Shown: in pieces, positions 21,126 to 31,181 of the stretch
Numbering within the stretch: the first letter of the stretch is position 1
How the letters are laid out: each line of letters begins with the position of its first letter
Origin: Hyphomicrobium sp.
GTDB lineage: Bacteria; Pseudomonadota; Alphaproteobacteria; Rhizobiales; Hyphomicrobiaceae
Assembly: GCF_041659645.1 (NCBI RefSeq)
Contig: NZ_JBAZXX010000001.1
Span: 131,066-195,065, forward strand
Reading direction: 5' to 3'
DNA: 64,000 nucleotides
Position numbers and translations under genes: made by a program
The notes under the pieces: model-generated
Told to the model about the DNA's origin: nothing
Databases searched by the model: none
Seen by the model: only the letters and a program-made list of their open reading frames with translations

Positions 21126-23579
21126 ATGTCGCGTCGTAAGCCGGGGCCTGACTTTTGTTGTCCTAAATATCGTACTTCAGCGTCGCCGCGGCGGCAGCGG
21201 AATCCAAAGCAAACGACAGTTGCGTTTGTCGCACTGTTAGCGGTCGCCGCGCAGCCCGCTTGGGCCGGTTCAAGCTCGCCGAATACGCCGCCCGCGGCGC
21301 CTGGGGCATACGTCACCAACACCGGCACGCTTTCGACCGTCGGCTCCGGCGGTTGTTCACAGCAATATAATCCGGCCATTGCAACAGATACCGATAACCA
21401 ATTGATCGCTCAGGCGACACAGCTGTCGGCTGATATCGCGGGTACGGCGGCCAAAATCACGGCCTTCACGGCAAACGGGGTTGCCGCAGACGCAAAGGCT
21501 GCTGCGGCTGCCACGAAGGCAGCCGCCGAGGCAGACGAAGCAGCCGGTCTTGCCGAAGCAGCGGTCGGCGTCGCCACACCTTTAGACGCTGGTCCTGCAG
21601 CACCCGGCCTCGCCGCTGCCGGGGTCGGAGCCGGCATCGCATCGGGAGCCGACGCGGCGATTGCGACAGCGGAGACCGCATCGAGCGTAGCCTACGCGGC
21701 GCAGGTCGCAGGTTTAGGGTTCGACGTCACCAAAAACACCGCGGCGGGCGTGGCATTGGGATACTCCAACGACGCGCAAAATCTCAGGAACTACGTCGCT
21801 GGCGCCCATCTCCCAAATTGCAATCAATCGTACAACGGCACCATCAGCGTCAATGTCCCCAATGGGCAGCCCGCCCTCTTGGCGACTGGGGACGCGTACA
21901 TCGACGGAAATCTTAATACTACGGGAGACGCTAACGTCGGCGGCAACATCACCGCCAGCCAGCTCAAAGCGACCCAGGGAATTTCGGCGGACGGTGGCGC
22001 AATTACCATCGGCAATCCGGACCTCACCACCTACCAGAGCGGCGTCACGATTGGCGGCGGTGCGCTCGCCGGTGCTGGTACAGGCGGTGCGCAAGCTTTC
22101 ACGGGCGATGTTTCTGCCATTGCGATAGGCAACGGCGCCAGCGCGGCTATGGCGAACGGAACAGCGCTTGGTAATGGCGCTGACGCGTCGGATGTCGGCG
22201 GCACAGCACTCGGCGCGGGGGCGAGCAGTTCGACCGGTATCGCAGCTGGCTTCAATGCGATGACGACAACTGGTGTTTCGATTGGCAATGGCGCCGGCGT
22301 CGCTGGCGATGCGGGCGTCGCGGTTGGCACGGATGCACGCGGCAAAGACATCACGGATACGGCGGTCGGTAATAATTCGAGGGTGAATGCAGCGAGCGGC
22401 ACGGCCTTTGGCGCCAACACCAACATCACCTCGAACTCGGATAATGCCGTTGCAATCGGTGAAGGCACGACGATCGGCGGCGCCAATGCCGTTGGTTCCG
22501 ATAATGTCACCGCCGTTGGTCAGGGCATCGCAATTCTCGATGACATCAACAACGCTGTCGCCTTCGGTCAGGGTGCGAACGTTGCCGCCGACGGCGGTGT
22601 CGCAATCGGTCAAGCGGCGGCCGCGAACAATATTGACTCGATTGCTATCGGCCAGGGCGTCGCGACAAACGGCGCTGCAGCTGTCGGCGTAGGTCTCGGG
22701 GCCAACGCCGCCGCGGATCAGAGCGTCGCCGTCGGCAACAGTGCCAACGCTGTCGGATTTCAATCCGTCGCCGTGGGCACAACTGCAGTCGCCGGAAATA
22801 CCGGCGCGGTTGCGGTCGGGTCCGATACCAACGGTGACGGGCTCGGCGCTGTGGCTCTAGCGGTCGGATCTGTTGCTGTCGGCGACGCGGCTTCGGTCAG
22901 CACCAATGCCATTGCCGTTGGAACGAGCGCCTTCGCCGCCGGCGCCGGCGCTATCGCTATTGGCGAAGAAACAACCGCAATTAACGCCGTTGCCATAGGC
23001 AGCAGCGCTCATGCTGCCAACGGCGGTGCAGCCTACGGCAATGGGGCAACGGCAACCGGGGTCAATTCGACTGCGGTCGGAGCCAATGCGTCGGCGACGC
23101 CTGACGGGTCGGCGGCTTTCGGTACCGGCGCAGTTGCCTCACTCAATAATCAGCAGGTGTTTGGCACGTCGTCCAACACTTATACGATGCCCGGCATCAC
23201 GTCGAACACAAGTGTCGAAAGGCAAAGCGGCCCGCTTCAGCTCGTTACCTCGGACGCTAACGGCGACCTAGCGTCCGACCACGGTGCAACCTTCAGGACG
23301 ATCGCACACCTGCAGGCCGGTATCGCGGTATCGCTCGCCGCGGAAGCGCCGCCGCTTACGTCATCGCAACAATTTGCCATGCGACTTGGCTGGGGCGATT
23401 TCGAAGGGAACGCCAATGCCGTCGCGTGGAGTGCAATAGGTGTCATCTGTCGCGGCTGCATCACCGCGGGCGATCGGATCACAGTTGACGGCTCCGTCGG
23501 CGCGGGATTTTCCGAATACAAGACTTACTATGCCAGCAACGTCGTCGGCGGCCGCGCTGGCATATCTTGGGGTTGGTGA
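21126..23579 (+). CDS. YadA-like trimeric autotransporter adhesin
   Basis: Signal ending QPAWA; many AxAxGxxA Hep/Hag head repeats; C-terminal beta anchor ending in W; start uncertain. Confidence 0.9.
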   Translation: MSRRKPGPDFCCPKYRTSASPRRQRNPKQTTVAFVALLAVAAQPAWAGSSSPNTPPAAPGAYVTNTGTLSTVGSGGCSQQYNPAIATDTDNQLIAQATQLSADIAGTAAKITAFTANGVAADAKAAAAATKAAAEADEAAGLAEAAVGVATPLDAGPAAPGLAAAGVGAGIASGADAAIATAETASSVAYAAQVAGLGFDVTKNTAAGVALGYSNDAQNLRNYVAGAHLPNCNQSYNGTISVNVPNGQPALLATGDAYIDGNLNTTGDANVGGNITASQLKATQGISADGGAITIGNPDLTTYQSGVTIGGGALAGAGTGGAQAFTGDVSAIAIGNGASAAMANGTALGNGADASDVGGTALGAGASSSTGIAAGFNAMTTTGVSIGNGAGVAGDAGVAVGTDARGKDITDTAVGNNSRVNAASGTAFGANTNITSNSDNAVAIGEGTTIGGANAVGSDNVTAVGQGIAILDDINNAVAFGQGANVAADGGVAIGQAAAANNIDSIAIGQGVATNGAAAVGVGLGANAAADQSVAVGNSANAVGFQSVAVGTTAVAGNTGAVAVGSDTNGDGLGAVALAVGSVAVGDAASVSTNAIAVGTSAFAAGAGAIAIGEETTAINAVAIGSSAHAANGGAAYGNGATATGVNSTAVGANASATPDGSAAFGTGAVASLNNQQVFGTSSNTYTMPGITSNTSVERQSGPLQLVTSDANGDLASDHGATFRTIAHLQAGIAVSLAAEAPPLTSSQQFAMRLGWGDFEGNANAVAWSAIGVICRGCITAGDRITVDGSVGAGFSEYKTYYASNVVGGRAGISWGW

Positions 23580-23621
23580 GAATGATGGCGTGCGTCCACG
23601 TCCAAACGATAGGAGCCAGAA

Positions 23622-23939
23622 ATGTTGCGTAAGCTCGAAATGATTTTGATTGCTTATCTATCCATAAGCGCGTCCGGCACTGCATTTGCGGGAGGGACCA
23701 ATACGACGGTAGCTGCCCTTACTACAATGCAACAGGACACGAAAACGCATGCGGGAACGCCCCCGAACGAGGCAACGAGCATTCCGTCACATGTCGGAGC
23801 CGTCGTTTTCTCTGGAGGTGCCTTGTCTGCTTTGGGGCCCATCAATTCCGCGTTAGGAGGCGCAGCTATCGCTGCTGCGGCGAGTCTTAAACCTTCATCT
23901 AATTTGCAGGCTAGAGCACCGATCGCTAATTCGAATTGA
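23622..23939 (+). CDS. Small exported hypothetical protein
   Basis: AGGAG RBS and signal peptide; directly downstream of the adhesin. Confidence 0.5.
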   Translation: MLRKLEMILIAYLSISASGTAFAGGTNTTVAALTTMQQDTKTHAGTPPNEATSIPSHVGAVVFSGGALSALGPINSALGGAAIAAAASLKPSSNLQARAPIANSN

Positions 23940-24159
23940 TTCTAATTCGTGTTCCCTCTCACTCTAGTGGACTGCAAGCCGTCGGGCAGAATCAAACATA
24001 TGACGGTATGCGTTCTGACAACGCGGACAACCCATTGAAACGTCATCACCGGAACGTCTCGCGAACAGTCAGAACCCACCGTCCAATCGTTATCGCGCTG
24101 CTGACCGCGGTGAAACAGATCCTTTGGATCGTCGCCGCCTTAAGGGCTATTCGGAAGAA

Positions 24160-24244
24160 CCGGGATGCGGACGATCTCCAGCGGGATATCCTCGGGTGAA
24201 ACAACGAAATCGATGCAACCACAAGCGATCGCACTATCCGGCAT
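24160..24244 (-). pseudogene. CheB methylesterase C-terminal remnant
   Basis: MPDSAIACGCIDFVVSPEDI. Confidence 0.65.
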
Positions 24245-24342
24245 ATACCTAAGACGCGGCGTGCCTCCTGGTGGACGCCCACCTGGATGAGCGGACTGGA
24301 GTTGCTGTCGAGGCTCCATCACACGGGCCGCCGGCTCCCTCA

Positions 24343-24498
24343 ATGACGATGACGGGTGGTAGTGACGTCCAGATTGCGGCCCAAGCCATGCAAGCAGGAG
24401 CTTCGGATTTCGTCGAGAAGCCGATCGGCCGGCATAATCTGTTGAACAGCATCGCGCACGGGCTCGAGCTATCACTAACCTGCGACAGCATATGGTAA
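24343..24498 (+). pseudogene. FixJ-like receiver-domain remnant
   Basis: TGGSDVQIAAQAMQAGASDFVEKP. Confidence 0.7.
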
Positions 24499-24693
24499 GC
24501 TCGAGCTTAGGTGTGCGACGGCCACGCTGAGGCGGCTGGGGGTTGCGCTTTGAATGTTCAATAGGGCGGTACGCTCCTAAGAGCGGCGCAGCTACCGGTC
24601 CGCTACAACTCCCTTTGAGCCAGTTGGGCTGAACCCTCTCCTGACTGTGGGATTGGACGGCGAGACTGATCTGCGGGAGCCGACGGACGATTA

Positions 24694-25530
24694 TTAAGCC
24701 GTTTGTCCGAGTTTTACGTCGGCAAAGAATGAGACGGCGGAATGGCTAGCTTCTTTAGCGTCATACATCGCCATATCGGCGCTTTGCAGCAATTCAGTTG
24801 AAGTTGAACCATCAAGGGGGGCTGAAGCAACTCCGATGGCTACTCCAATGAAGTGGAGACGTGAATCTATTTCGATGCCGTCAGATAATGCTTGGACAAA
24901 GCGGAGCGCTACACTCTGCTCCTGCTTACGTGAGGGGAGGGAAGGAGCAAGAACTGCAAACTCATCTCCACCGAGCCGGGCAACCAAATCCTCAGACCGA
25001 GCGGCGGCTTTGAACCGAAGAGCGACGACCTTAAGCACTTCGTCACCACACGCATGACCGAACTGGTCATTGATTGCTTTGAATCCATTGAGATCGAGCA
25101 AGTAGACCGTCGGGTGTGCGCTTCGATCCAGAGACACTTGCAGACAGCGAAGGAATTCTCGCCGATTGGGTAATCCCGTCAGCGCATCCGCCATCGCGAG
25201 CGAGCGCTGCTCCTGCAATTCAGATTCCGCGAGCACCCGTTTCGTGCGATCCTGCCGTTCTTCAAGAAGGCGTCGCCAAATGAATATGGTCGCGCATAGC
25301 GCGAACAGTAAGCCAAGCGCAAACAGTTCTTCGCTGCATATCGTACGCTCGCGAGGGGTAATATCGCTCCATAGCTCTTCCAGATCGTAGGCTAGGGCAA
25401 GTGTGACCCCGATCGCCATAGTGGTGATCGTCAGCGATAAATCAAATGCGCTCGTGAGAGGATGACGCTTTATCGTCTGAACGAAAGTAGCGAATTTTAC
25501 CACGGGAAACCTCAGGAAATAGCTCGGCAT
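24694..25530 (-). CDS. Membrane diguanylate cyclase
   Basis: Two TM segments, DLNGFKAINDQFGH, RSED I-site five residues before GGDEF. Confidence 0.92.
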   Translation of the reverse strand: MPSYFLRFPVVKFATFVQTIKRHPLTSAFDLSLTITTMAIGVTLALAYDLEELWSDITPRERTICSEELFALGLLFALCATIFIWRRLLEERQDRTKRVLAESELQEQRSLAMADALTGLPNRREFLRCLQVSLDRSAHPTVYLLDLNGFKAINDQFGHACGDEVLKVVALRFKAAARSEDLVARLGGDEFAVLAPSLPSRKQEQSVALRFVQALSDGIEIDSRLHFIGVAIGVASAPLDGSTSTELLQSADMAMYDAKEASHSAVSFFADVKLGQTA

Positions 25531-25743
25531 GGTAGTAAGGGATGGTTGAGATCTCCGTAAAAGCGATTGTCAAATTGTAGTATCCGCTGCGGATGTCTCC
25601 GTGGAACCGCCGCGCCGGATCTTGCCCCGATTCCATTGGAAACCACGTCGGATCTATGGGTGATGGCCGCCCCGGATCGCTCAAAAACAAACTTGTGCCG
25701 CATATACAAGTCATTACTCCCCAAAAATCATGGAGCATTGGTT

Positions 25744-26274
25744 TTGAAGCACCGTATCCACGTATGCGGCCTGCGTAACGTCTCGAAAACTTCTGAAGCG
25801 ATTGGCGCCGGTCATCTGGTGAGCGCTATCGAAGCCCACTCATTCCCAAAAACGCCTCGGAACATCCTGCGCGGCCGCCATCTCAGACTTGATATGGACG
25901 ACATCGCACAAGCGCAGCCCGACATGGTGCTGCCGTCGGAGAGGCATGTTCTCGACCTGCTGGACTTCGTCCAAAGCTGGGATCAGAAGTCTCCGTTGCT
26001 CGTTCACTGCTTCGCCGGAATGAGCCGCTCCACGGCCTGCGCCTATATCGCAATATGTGCGCTCAACCCCCAGGCCGACGAAGAACGGATTGGGCAATCG
26101 ATGCGCAGATTGTCAGCGACGGCCACTCCCAACCGCAGGCTTGTAGCGCTTGCAGATGATATCCTCGGACGCGACGGGCGAATGATCGCCGCGGTTAGCG
26201 ACATGCACGCGTGCTTCAACGATGTGGCTACGCCTTTCAGTGTGGGCCCGAGCGACTTCCTGGAAACCGCTTAA
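25744..26274 (+). CDS. Protein-tyrosine phosphatase-like protein
   Basis: HCFAGMSRS (CX5R); GGAG RBS 8 nt before TTG 25744. Confidence 0.88.
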   Translation: MKHRIHVCGLRNVSKTSEAIGAGHLVSAIEAHSFPKTPRNILRGRHLRLDMDDIAQAQPDMVLPSERHVLDLLDFVQSWDQKSPLLVHCFAGMSRSTACAYIAICALNPQADEERIGQSMRRLSATATPNRRLVALADDILGRDGRMIAAVSDMHACFNDVATPFSVGPSDFLETA

Positions 26275-26608
26275 CTGAGCCGCTGGCTCGACCGCGAACG
26301 TTCTAGTCGGCATAGTCATTGTGTCTAACGAGAGCTGGTGTGTCGGGGGGCAGTCGGGACCAAGGAATCCGGCGCACGTAACACAACATGGGGCGCTCGC
26401 CCTGGACGTTTGCCTTATCTCGGCAACGGATGCACGCGTTCCTTCGATCTAATGATAAGAGGTTGCGACAAAGCGGACTTGGTTCCCGGTGGTTCCGTTC
26501 GCGGACTATAGTACTGTCTTCCACGCCTCGACTTTTGGGCCGCAGGGTGTGCAACTACACGGTGCCCAGGGGCTCGGGATGGAGACGGCGCCATTTCGTC
26601 GTTTTTGC

Positions 26609-26633
26609 GGAACTCTCTGAGACGGGCGGCGTT
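26609..26633 (+). promoter_or_regulatory. sigma-EcfG-type promoter (GGAAC-N16-CGTT)
   Basis: Exact motif 27 nt upstream of ATG 26661. Confidence 0.75.
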
Positions 26634-26660
26634 AGTGGGCTTTCAAACAATGGGCTTTCG

Positions 26661-27506
26661 ATGGAAATCAACGTAGGTTGTACGCTGCGCTATCAGATGG
26701 CATCGGCGACCGGATTCGTGTTTCAGATAGAGGCCGCGAAGGCGGACAGCCAGTTCGTCAAGAGCGAGCTGCTTACTATCCCGGCAGGTCCAGATCCTTC
26801 GGGGTATACGTCGTTCGTGGATGCCATCACATCAACACGTAAGGTGCGTGCGATGCTCGGACCTGGCGTGGCCGAGATCAACTATCGCGCCACCGTCGAT
26901 GTCGACACCACGGGATTCGATCCCAACAGCGTCTATGAATTTGATTTCGTGAACCTGCCGATGGACTCTCTCGAATACGTCGCGCCGAGCCGATATTGCC
27001 CATCGGATACTTTTACGCAGTTTGCGAATGAGGTGTTTGGCGGCATCCAGCGTGGGCACGTTCGGATACAGGCCATCAGCGATTGGGTATATTCTCACAT
27101 AGGCTATCAGAGTGGCGCTACGGGGCCGTCCTCTACCGCGGTGGATGTGTTTCATAGCGGCCAAGGGGTGTGTCGTGATTTCGCTCACCTCGGTATTTCT
27201 TTATGCCGGGCGCTCGGTATCCCGGCGCGTTATGCAAGCGTTTATGCCGACGGACTCGTGCCGCAGGACTTCCATGCGGTCTTCCAAGCCTATCTCAATG
27301 GGCCGACGGGCGGCAGATGGTTTACGTTCGATCCGACGCGCATGAGTTCATCGGATTTCGTTGTTCGAATCGCTGCCGGCAGGGATGCGGCCGACGTGGC
27401 CTTCGCGTGGCCGCAGGGCGAAGTTGCGTTTGAGGCGCCACAGGTGTTCGTCGAGGCTATGGGCCGTCAGGATCGGACGCGCAGCTCACTCGCCATCGGA
27501 AATTAG
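26661..27506 (+). CDS. Transglutaminase-like protein
   Basis: GVCRDFAHL, DFHA and FDPT triad motifs. Confidence 0.92.
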   Translation: MEINVGCTLRYQMASATGFVFQIEAAKADSQFVKSELLTIPAGPDPSGYTSFVDAITSTRKVRAMLGPGVAEINYRATVDVDTTGFDPNSVYEFDFVNLPMDSLEYVAPSRYCPSDTFTQFANEVFGGIQRGHVRIQAISDWVYSHIGYQSGATGPSSTAVDVFHSGQGVCRDFAHLGISLCRALGIPARYASVYADGLVPQDFHAVFQAYLNGPTGGRWFTFDPTRMSSSDFVVRIAAGRDAADVAFAWPQGEVAFEAPQVFVEAMGRQDRTRSSLAIGN

Positions 27507-27624
27507 CGGCGGCATTTCGTTGATGCTATGCGGGAAAGAACTCGCGTTCGATTGACGATAAACATTCATTACTTTTGAGCATATTTGCCGACGGGAGCGC
27601 GAGAAAACCGCCCCTAAGAGGCTC

Positions 27625-27651
27625 GGCCTCCGGCATTTTCGCTCGGAGGCC
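27625..27651. terminator. Hairpin between convergent genes (possible bidirectional terminator)
   Basis: GGCCTCCG-N11-CGGAGGCC. Confidence 0.45.
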
Positions 27652-27744
27652 TAGCTGCAAATTGATAGGTGCTGAAATACCGATCGCCGTGCGCGCCGAA
27701 CCTTGTCCCAGACTTAGCCGACGCTTTTCGAAGCGGAAACGCGC

Positions 27745-27885
27745 TTAGTCCAATGACGGCTTCGGATCGTCGATCGGAATCGGAGGGGGCTGCGGTGGGT
27801 CTTTGGGTTCGGGAGGTAACGGCGGGAGCTGTCCCGGTTCCTGTGTGGGATGGGGAATCGTCGGTGGATCGTCCTCATTGCCCAT
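27745..27885 (-). CDS. Small proline-rich peptide
   Basis: MGNEDDPPTIPHPTQEPGQLPPLPPEPKDPPQPPP; directly downstream of 27897. Confidence 0.45.
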   Translation of the reverse strand: MGNEDDPPTIPHPTQEPGQLPPLPPEPKDPPQPPPIPIDDPKPSLD

Positions 27886-27896
27886 CTGGAAATCTT

Positions 27897-28175
27897 TCAT
27901 GCACGACGCCAGAGAATGATGGTCACGAAGGCTCCCGCGATGGCGGCGACGTAAAGAAGTAACGTCGGTAAGAGTTCGAGAATGACGCCGATATGGAAAC
28001 CCATGAAGGAGCCGGCGATGCCGACCAAGGCAAACGTGATATCGCCAGCGCCGGTTGCTCCGGCAATTTGACGACCGAGCCAGCTTCGGCCCGCGCGGTT
28101 GAGGAAAAGGCCGACGATAATCCCGATCAGTACGAGGAGGATGAATGTGACGATGGCAGTCGTAAGAATGGGCAT
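27897..28175 (-). CDS. GlsB/YeaQ/YmgE-like stress membrane protein
   Basis: Three hydrophobic segments, GIAGSFMG motif; upstream near-consensus EcfG motif. Confidence 0.75.
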   Translation of the reverse strand: MPILTTAIVTFILLVLIGIIVGLFLNRAGRSWLGRQIAGATGAGDITFALVGIAGSFMGFHIGVILELLPTLLLYVAAIAGAFVTIILWRRA

Positions 28176-28211
28176 GGTGCGATCCTTTTGAGTATCTCTC
28201 CGGCCGAATAC

Positions 28212-28237
28212 AACGCTGCGGAGCCAACGATGGTTCG
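28212..28237 (-). promoter_or_regulatory. Near-consensus sigma-EcfG promoter (CGAAC-N17-CGTT)
   Basis: One mismatch; 36 nt upstream of the 28175 start. Confidence 0.55.
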
Positions 28238-28340
28238 GTGGGCTGGGATTTTCTTCGGGCGAGAGCCGTCAGCGCGAGGTTAGACGGAGCGTCGGCGGGT
28301 TCGATTGCTCGGCAAAATTCAGCTGGGTCGAGTGGGTGCA

Positions 28341-28366
28341 GGAACATCCGCGCCAGTTCCGGCGTT
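28341..28366 (+). promoter_or_regulatory. sigma-EcfG-type promoter (GGAAC-N17-CGTT)
   Basis: Exact motif 30 nt upstream of ATG 28397. Confidence 0.75.
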
Positions 28367-28396
28367 TCCGGACGCAACACAGCGAGGAGCACGACA

Positions 28397-28525
28397 ATGG
28401 ACGGAAAATCATTCCTTATCGGGGCGCTGATCGTAGCGCTTCTGGCCGGGGGCTACTTTTACTACGACAGCACGCGTTCGCAGGTGAAGATCAATGCCGA
28501 TGGGGTGAAGGTGCAGGCCGAGTAG
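28397..28525 (+). CDS. 42-aa single-pass membrane protein
   Basis: GAGGAG RBS; MDGKSFLIGALIVALLAGGYFYY; EcfG promoter. Confidence 0.75.
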   Translation: MDGKSFLIGALIVALLAGGYFYYDSTRSQVKINADGVKVQAE

Positions 28526-29019
28526 CGAGTGTGCCGACCATCGGCTTGTCGACGACGGGAGATACAATCTTTCGATAAGGGTGCGCGAGGGGGAGCTGGA
28601 TGGGGTCTGCTCGGCAATGACGAATGCCAGGTGATCGCAAGAACGGCTTCCCCGCGCTCGAATTAGTGCCACTCGTTTGAAGCGTTGGCTTTCGCCTGGC
28701 GGTTGGAATATGAGCGTGGGGATGCCATTATGGGAGATGAGTTCTTCATAGACGAGACGGTCTTCCGGGGGAATATTTTGTGCTTGAACGCATTCTATTT
28801 GTAGCAGACGGGGCGGGCTTTGTCTTACAAGCGCGATATTGCGTCCCGAAATCGGTTCTTCGTCGTACTGCGATACCATCGATTTCCCGGCCGTTGGTTT
28901 CCCATCATCGGCGCCGATCCAACGTCGCCTGATTGCAATTGCGGGCGGGCAATATTCATTGGGCCGACGTCGGGCGATGAGGTCGGTCTCCAATTGCTCA
29001 GAACATCACATGAGACGAC

Positions 29020-30108
29020 ATGCACATCCTTTGCTTTATGCCCCGCAACATGAGATTTGGTCCGTCGAATGCGACGTCGATCGATCTTTGTGTGCATGAC
29101 CTCATCCTCGCGAGCCGCTATCGTGAGGAGACAAGGATCCTCTGCTGCGAAAACGAGACGTTGTTTCCAGGCTTGCACATATCGACGTATCCGCCCTCGA
29201 TAGACCGCCGTAAGGCAAAAAAAATAAAGTTCGCGTTGGCGCAAGCGCGGTCGAATTCAGCCGACGTGATCGTCGTGCAGCAACATCTTCCAACGGCTGC
29301 AGGCGTGGCGCGACGAAGCCCGATGCCGGTCATCCTGCATAAACACAACATGACGAAGCCGATACCGCCCACGGGATTTTTCAATCGCGTAAGGCGTAGC
29401 TGGCGTATTCGTCAGCATAATGCATTGGCGGGGATCATGTTCGTGAGCGAAGCCTGCCGAGACGAATTTCGCGCCGATTGGCCTGAAATTTCGACGCCGA
29501 TGGCCGTCGTCTACAACGGGTTGGACTTCGATCAGTGGCAACCCGCGGAACATCCCCGAAACGAGATTATTTGCGTCGGGCGAGCGGCGCCAGAGAAGGG
29601 CATCAAAGACGCGGCAGAGGCTATCGTTCGTGTCCTTGCAGCCGAGCCTCTGTGGTCGGCACGGTTCATATTGAGCGAATCCCAGCGGTTTCCGGACTAT
29701 TTGCAGAGTGTCATCGAGACGCTGAAGCCGGTTGCGGATCGAACGACCGTGGAACTCAACCAAACTTTGCCTGTTGTGAGACAACGGCTGCAAGAAGCGG
29801 CAATCGCGATCGTACCTTCCAGATGGGAGGAGCCCTTCGGCCGGACCGCTCTTGAGGCTCACGCGGCCGGGTGTGCGGTCATCAGTTCCGGCACCGGCGG
29901 GTTGCGGGAAGTCAGCGGCGACTACGCGCTGTTCCTGCCGAAGGATTTCACCGCGAAGGACATTGCCGATCGGCTGGAGCAACTTGTAAGCGATGAGGCA
30001 AAGAGAACTCGCTTGGCGAGTGAGGGCCGCGACTATTGCCTACAGAAGTTCGCTTTGAAGGCAGTTTCTGAAAGTGCGGACCGATTTTATCAACGAATAA
30101 AAGCCTAA
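29020..30108 (+). CDS. Glycosyltransferase family 4
   Basis: GRAAPEKG and EEPFGRTALEA (EX7E) motifs. Confidence 0.92.
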   Translation: MHILCFMPRNMRFGPSNATSIDLCVHDLILASRYREETRILCCENETLFPGLHISTYPPSIDRRKAKKIKFALAQARSNSADVIVVQQHLPTAAGVARRSPMPVILHKHNMTKPIPPTGFFNRVRRSWRIRQHNALAGIMFVSEACRDEFRADWPEISTPMAVVYNGLDFDQWQPAEHPRNEIICVGRAAPEKGIKDAAEAIVRVLAAEPLWSARFILSESQRFPDYLQSVIETLKPVADRTTVELNQTLPVVRQRLQEAAIAIVPSRWEEPFGRTALEAHAAGCAVISSGTGGLREVSGDYALFLPKDFTAKDIADRLEQLVSDEAKRTRLASEGRDYCLQKFALKAVSESADRFYQRIKA

Positions 30109-30743
30109 TACGAATGTCCGAGGGCCTTGCGTTTCAATTTTGGCGGAGATTGCAGGCTCTCGAAGCCGTTCCCTTGCCCCGGGAGTGTCCTCAAAGCTAC
30201 ATTTCTTGGGCTTCATCGAAGTAGTGCCCGGGAAACCAAACTCTTCAAGCAAGCGAGCTGTCGTCGTGACGCACCGGGCGGCCCCGGTACGAGGACGACT
30301 ATGCCTAGTCATTTTGATCGATTTGCACTGGAGGTTTCTGCCGCTACCAGTCGCTAAAAAAGGCATTAGCATCGTCGCGTCGTGATAGCCATCAAGCGAC
30401 AGATCTTGGCGCCACTGAAGTGCATCGCCTGTCGATACGTGCCGCTGGAAAATCGGGAAAAAAATCGCCAAGAGCAGGTGCTGCTCGTAACGTCATGGGA
30501 ACCGAAACATTCGAGGATCGCGAAAGGTTGGCCGTGGAATAAAGTGAGGAATTCAAAATCTGCGCGCGCGAAGCGAGGTCACGGACCAGGTATTATCGGA
30601 TAATTAATTGCGTGTCGGGTGGGAACAGTTGGTCTAAAAAAAATTTTCATCGCCCGTGGTTCGAGGGGCTCTCGCACGGCACTCTCATAGATTATACAAC
30701 GTAAATTCACGAGCGCGGATCGGTCAATAAGGCATGAGCTTCT

Positions 30744-31181
30744 ATGGTTGGGGGAATGTTGAACTATCACGCTGCCGAAGCGATCATAAGTTCAATGCAC
30801 TTAGCGTGGAGCGACAGTGATCTCTCAAGTCTTCTAGAGAATTTTGCAGACGACATTGTTTATAGGCCCAATTTACGGGATGCGTTTGGGCACACCAGAA
30901 TCTACCGCGGTCGGCGGGAACTCGAACGCCTTTTCCGGTACAAATCTGAAATGCTGACGTCGACAACGACGGTCGAGCAGTTCGCTTACGCGTCGGGGAT
31001 AGCGCGCACCAAGATAGCGTTCATCCAGGGCCATCATCGGACCGGCCTGACTTACGTCGGCACCTATCGGCAAATCGTGATGTTCCGGGGGCTGAAGATC
31101 GCGTTGCTTGAAGAGCTTCACGACGCCGAAAAGCTTCGCGCGTTCTGGAATTTGGTAACGGCTGAGGAAGGCGAACGGTGA
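30744..31181 (+). CDS. SnoaL/NTF2-like protein
   Basis: AW...DL..LL..FADDIVY and GTYRQ..F...KI..L.E.HDA pattern; paralog at 33842. Confidence 0.8.
   Translation: MVGGMLNYHAAEAIISSMHLAWSDSDLSSLLENFADDIVYRPNLRDAFGHTRIYRGRRELERLFRYKSEMLTSTTTVEQFAYASGIARTKIAFIQGHHRTGLTYVGTYRQIVMFRGLKIALLEELHDAEKLRAFWNLVTAEEGER

Noticed and set aside
21714-22763. 349-aa minus-strand ORF and other long ORFs over the adhesin
   Set aside because: Antisense shadows of the GC-rich, repetitive YadA-type coding strand; no motifs.
27745-28392. 215-aa minus-strand ORF
   Set aside because: It runs across the real 27897 membrane gene and promoters; only its Pro-rich tail may be coding.
28560-29010. Minus-strand ORF 28409-28993 as a gene
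   Set aside because: It overlaps the 28397 small gene and has no recognisable motif; possibly a decayed fragment.
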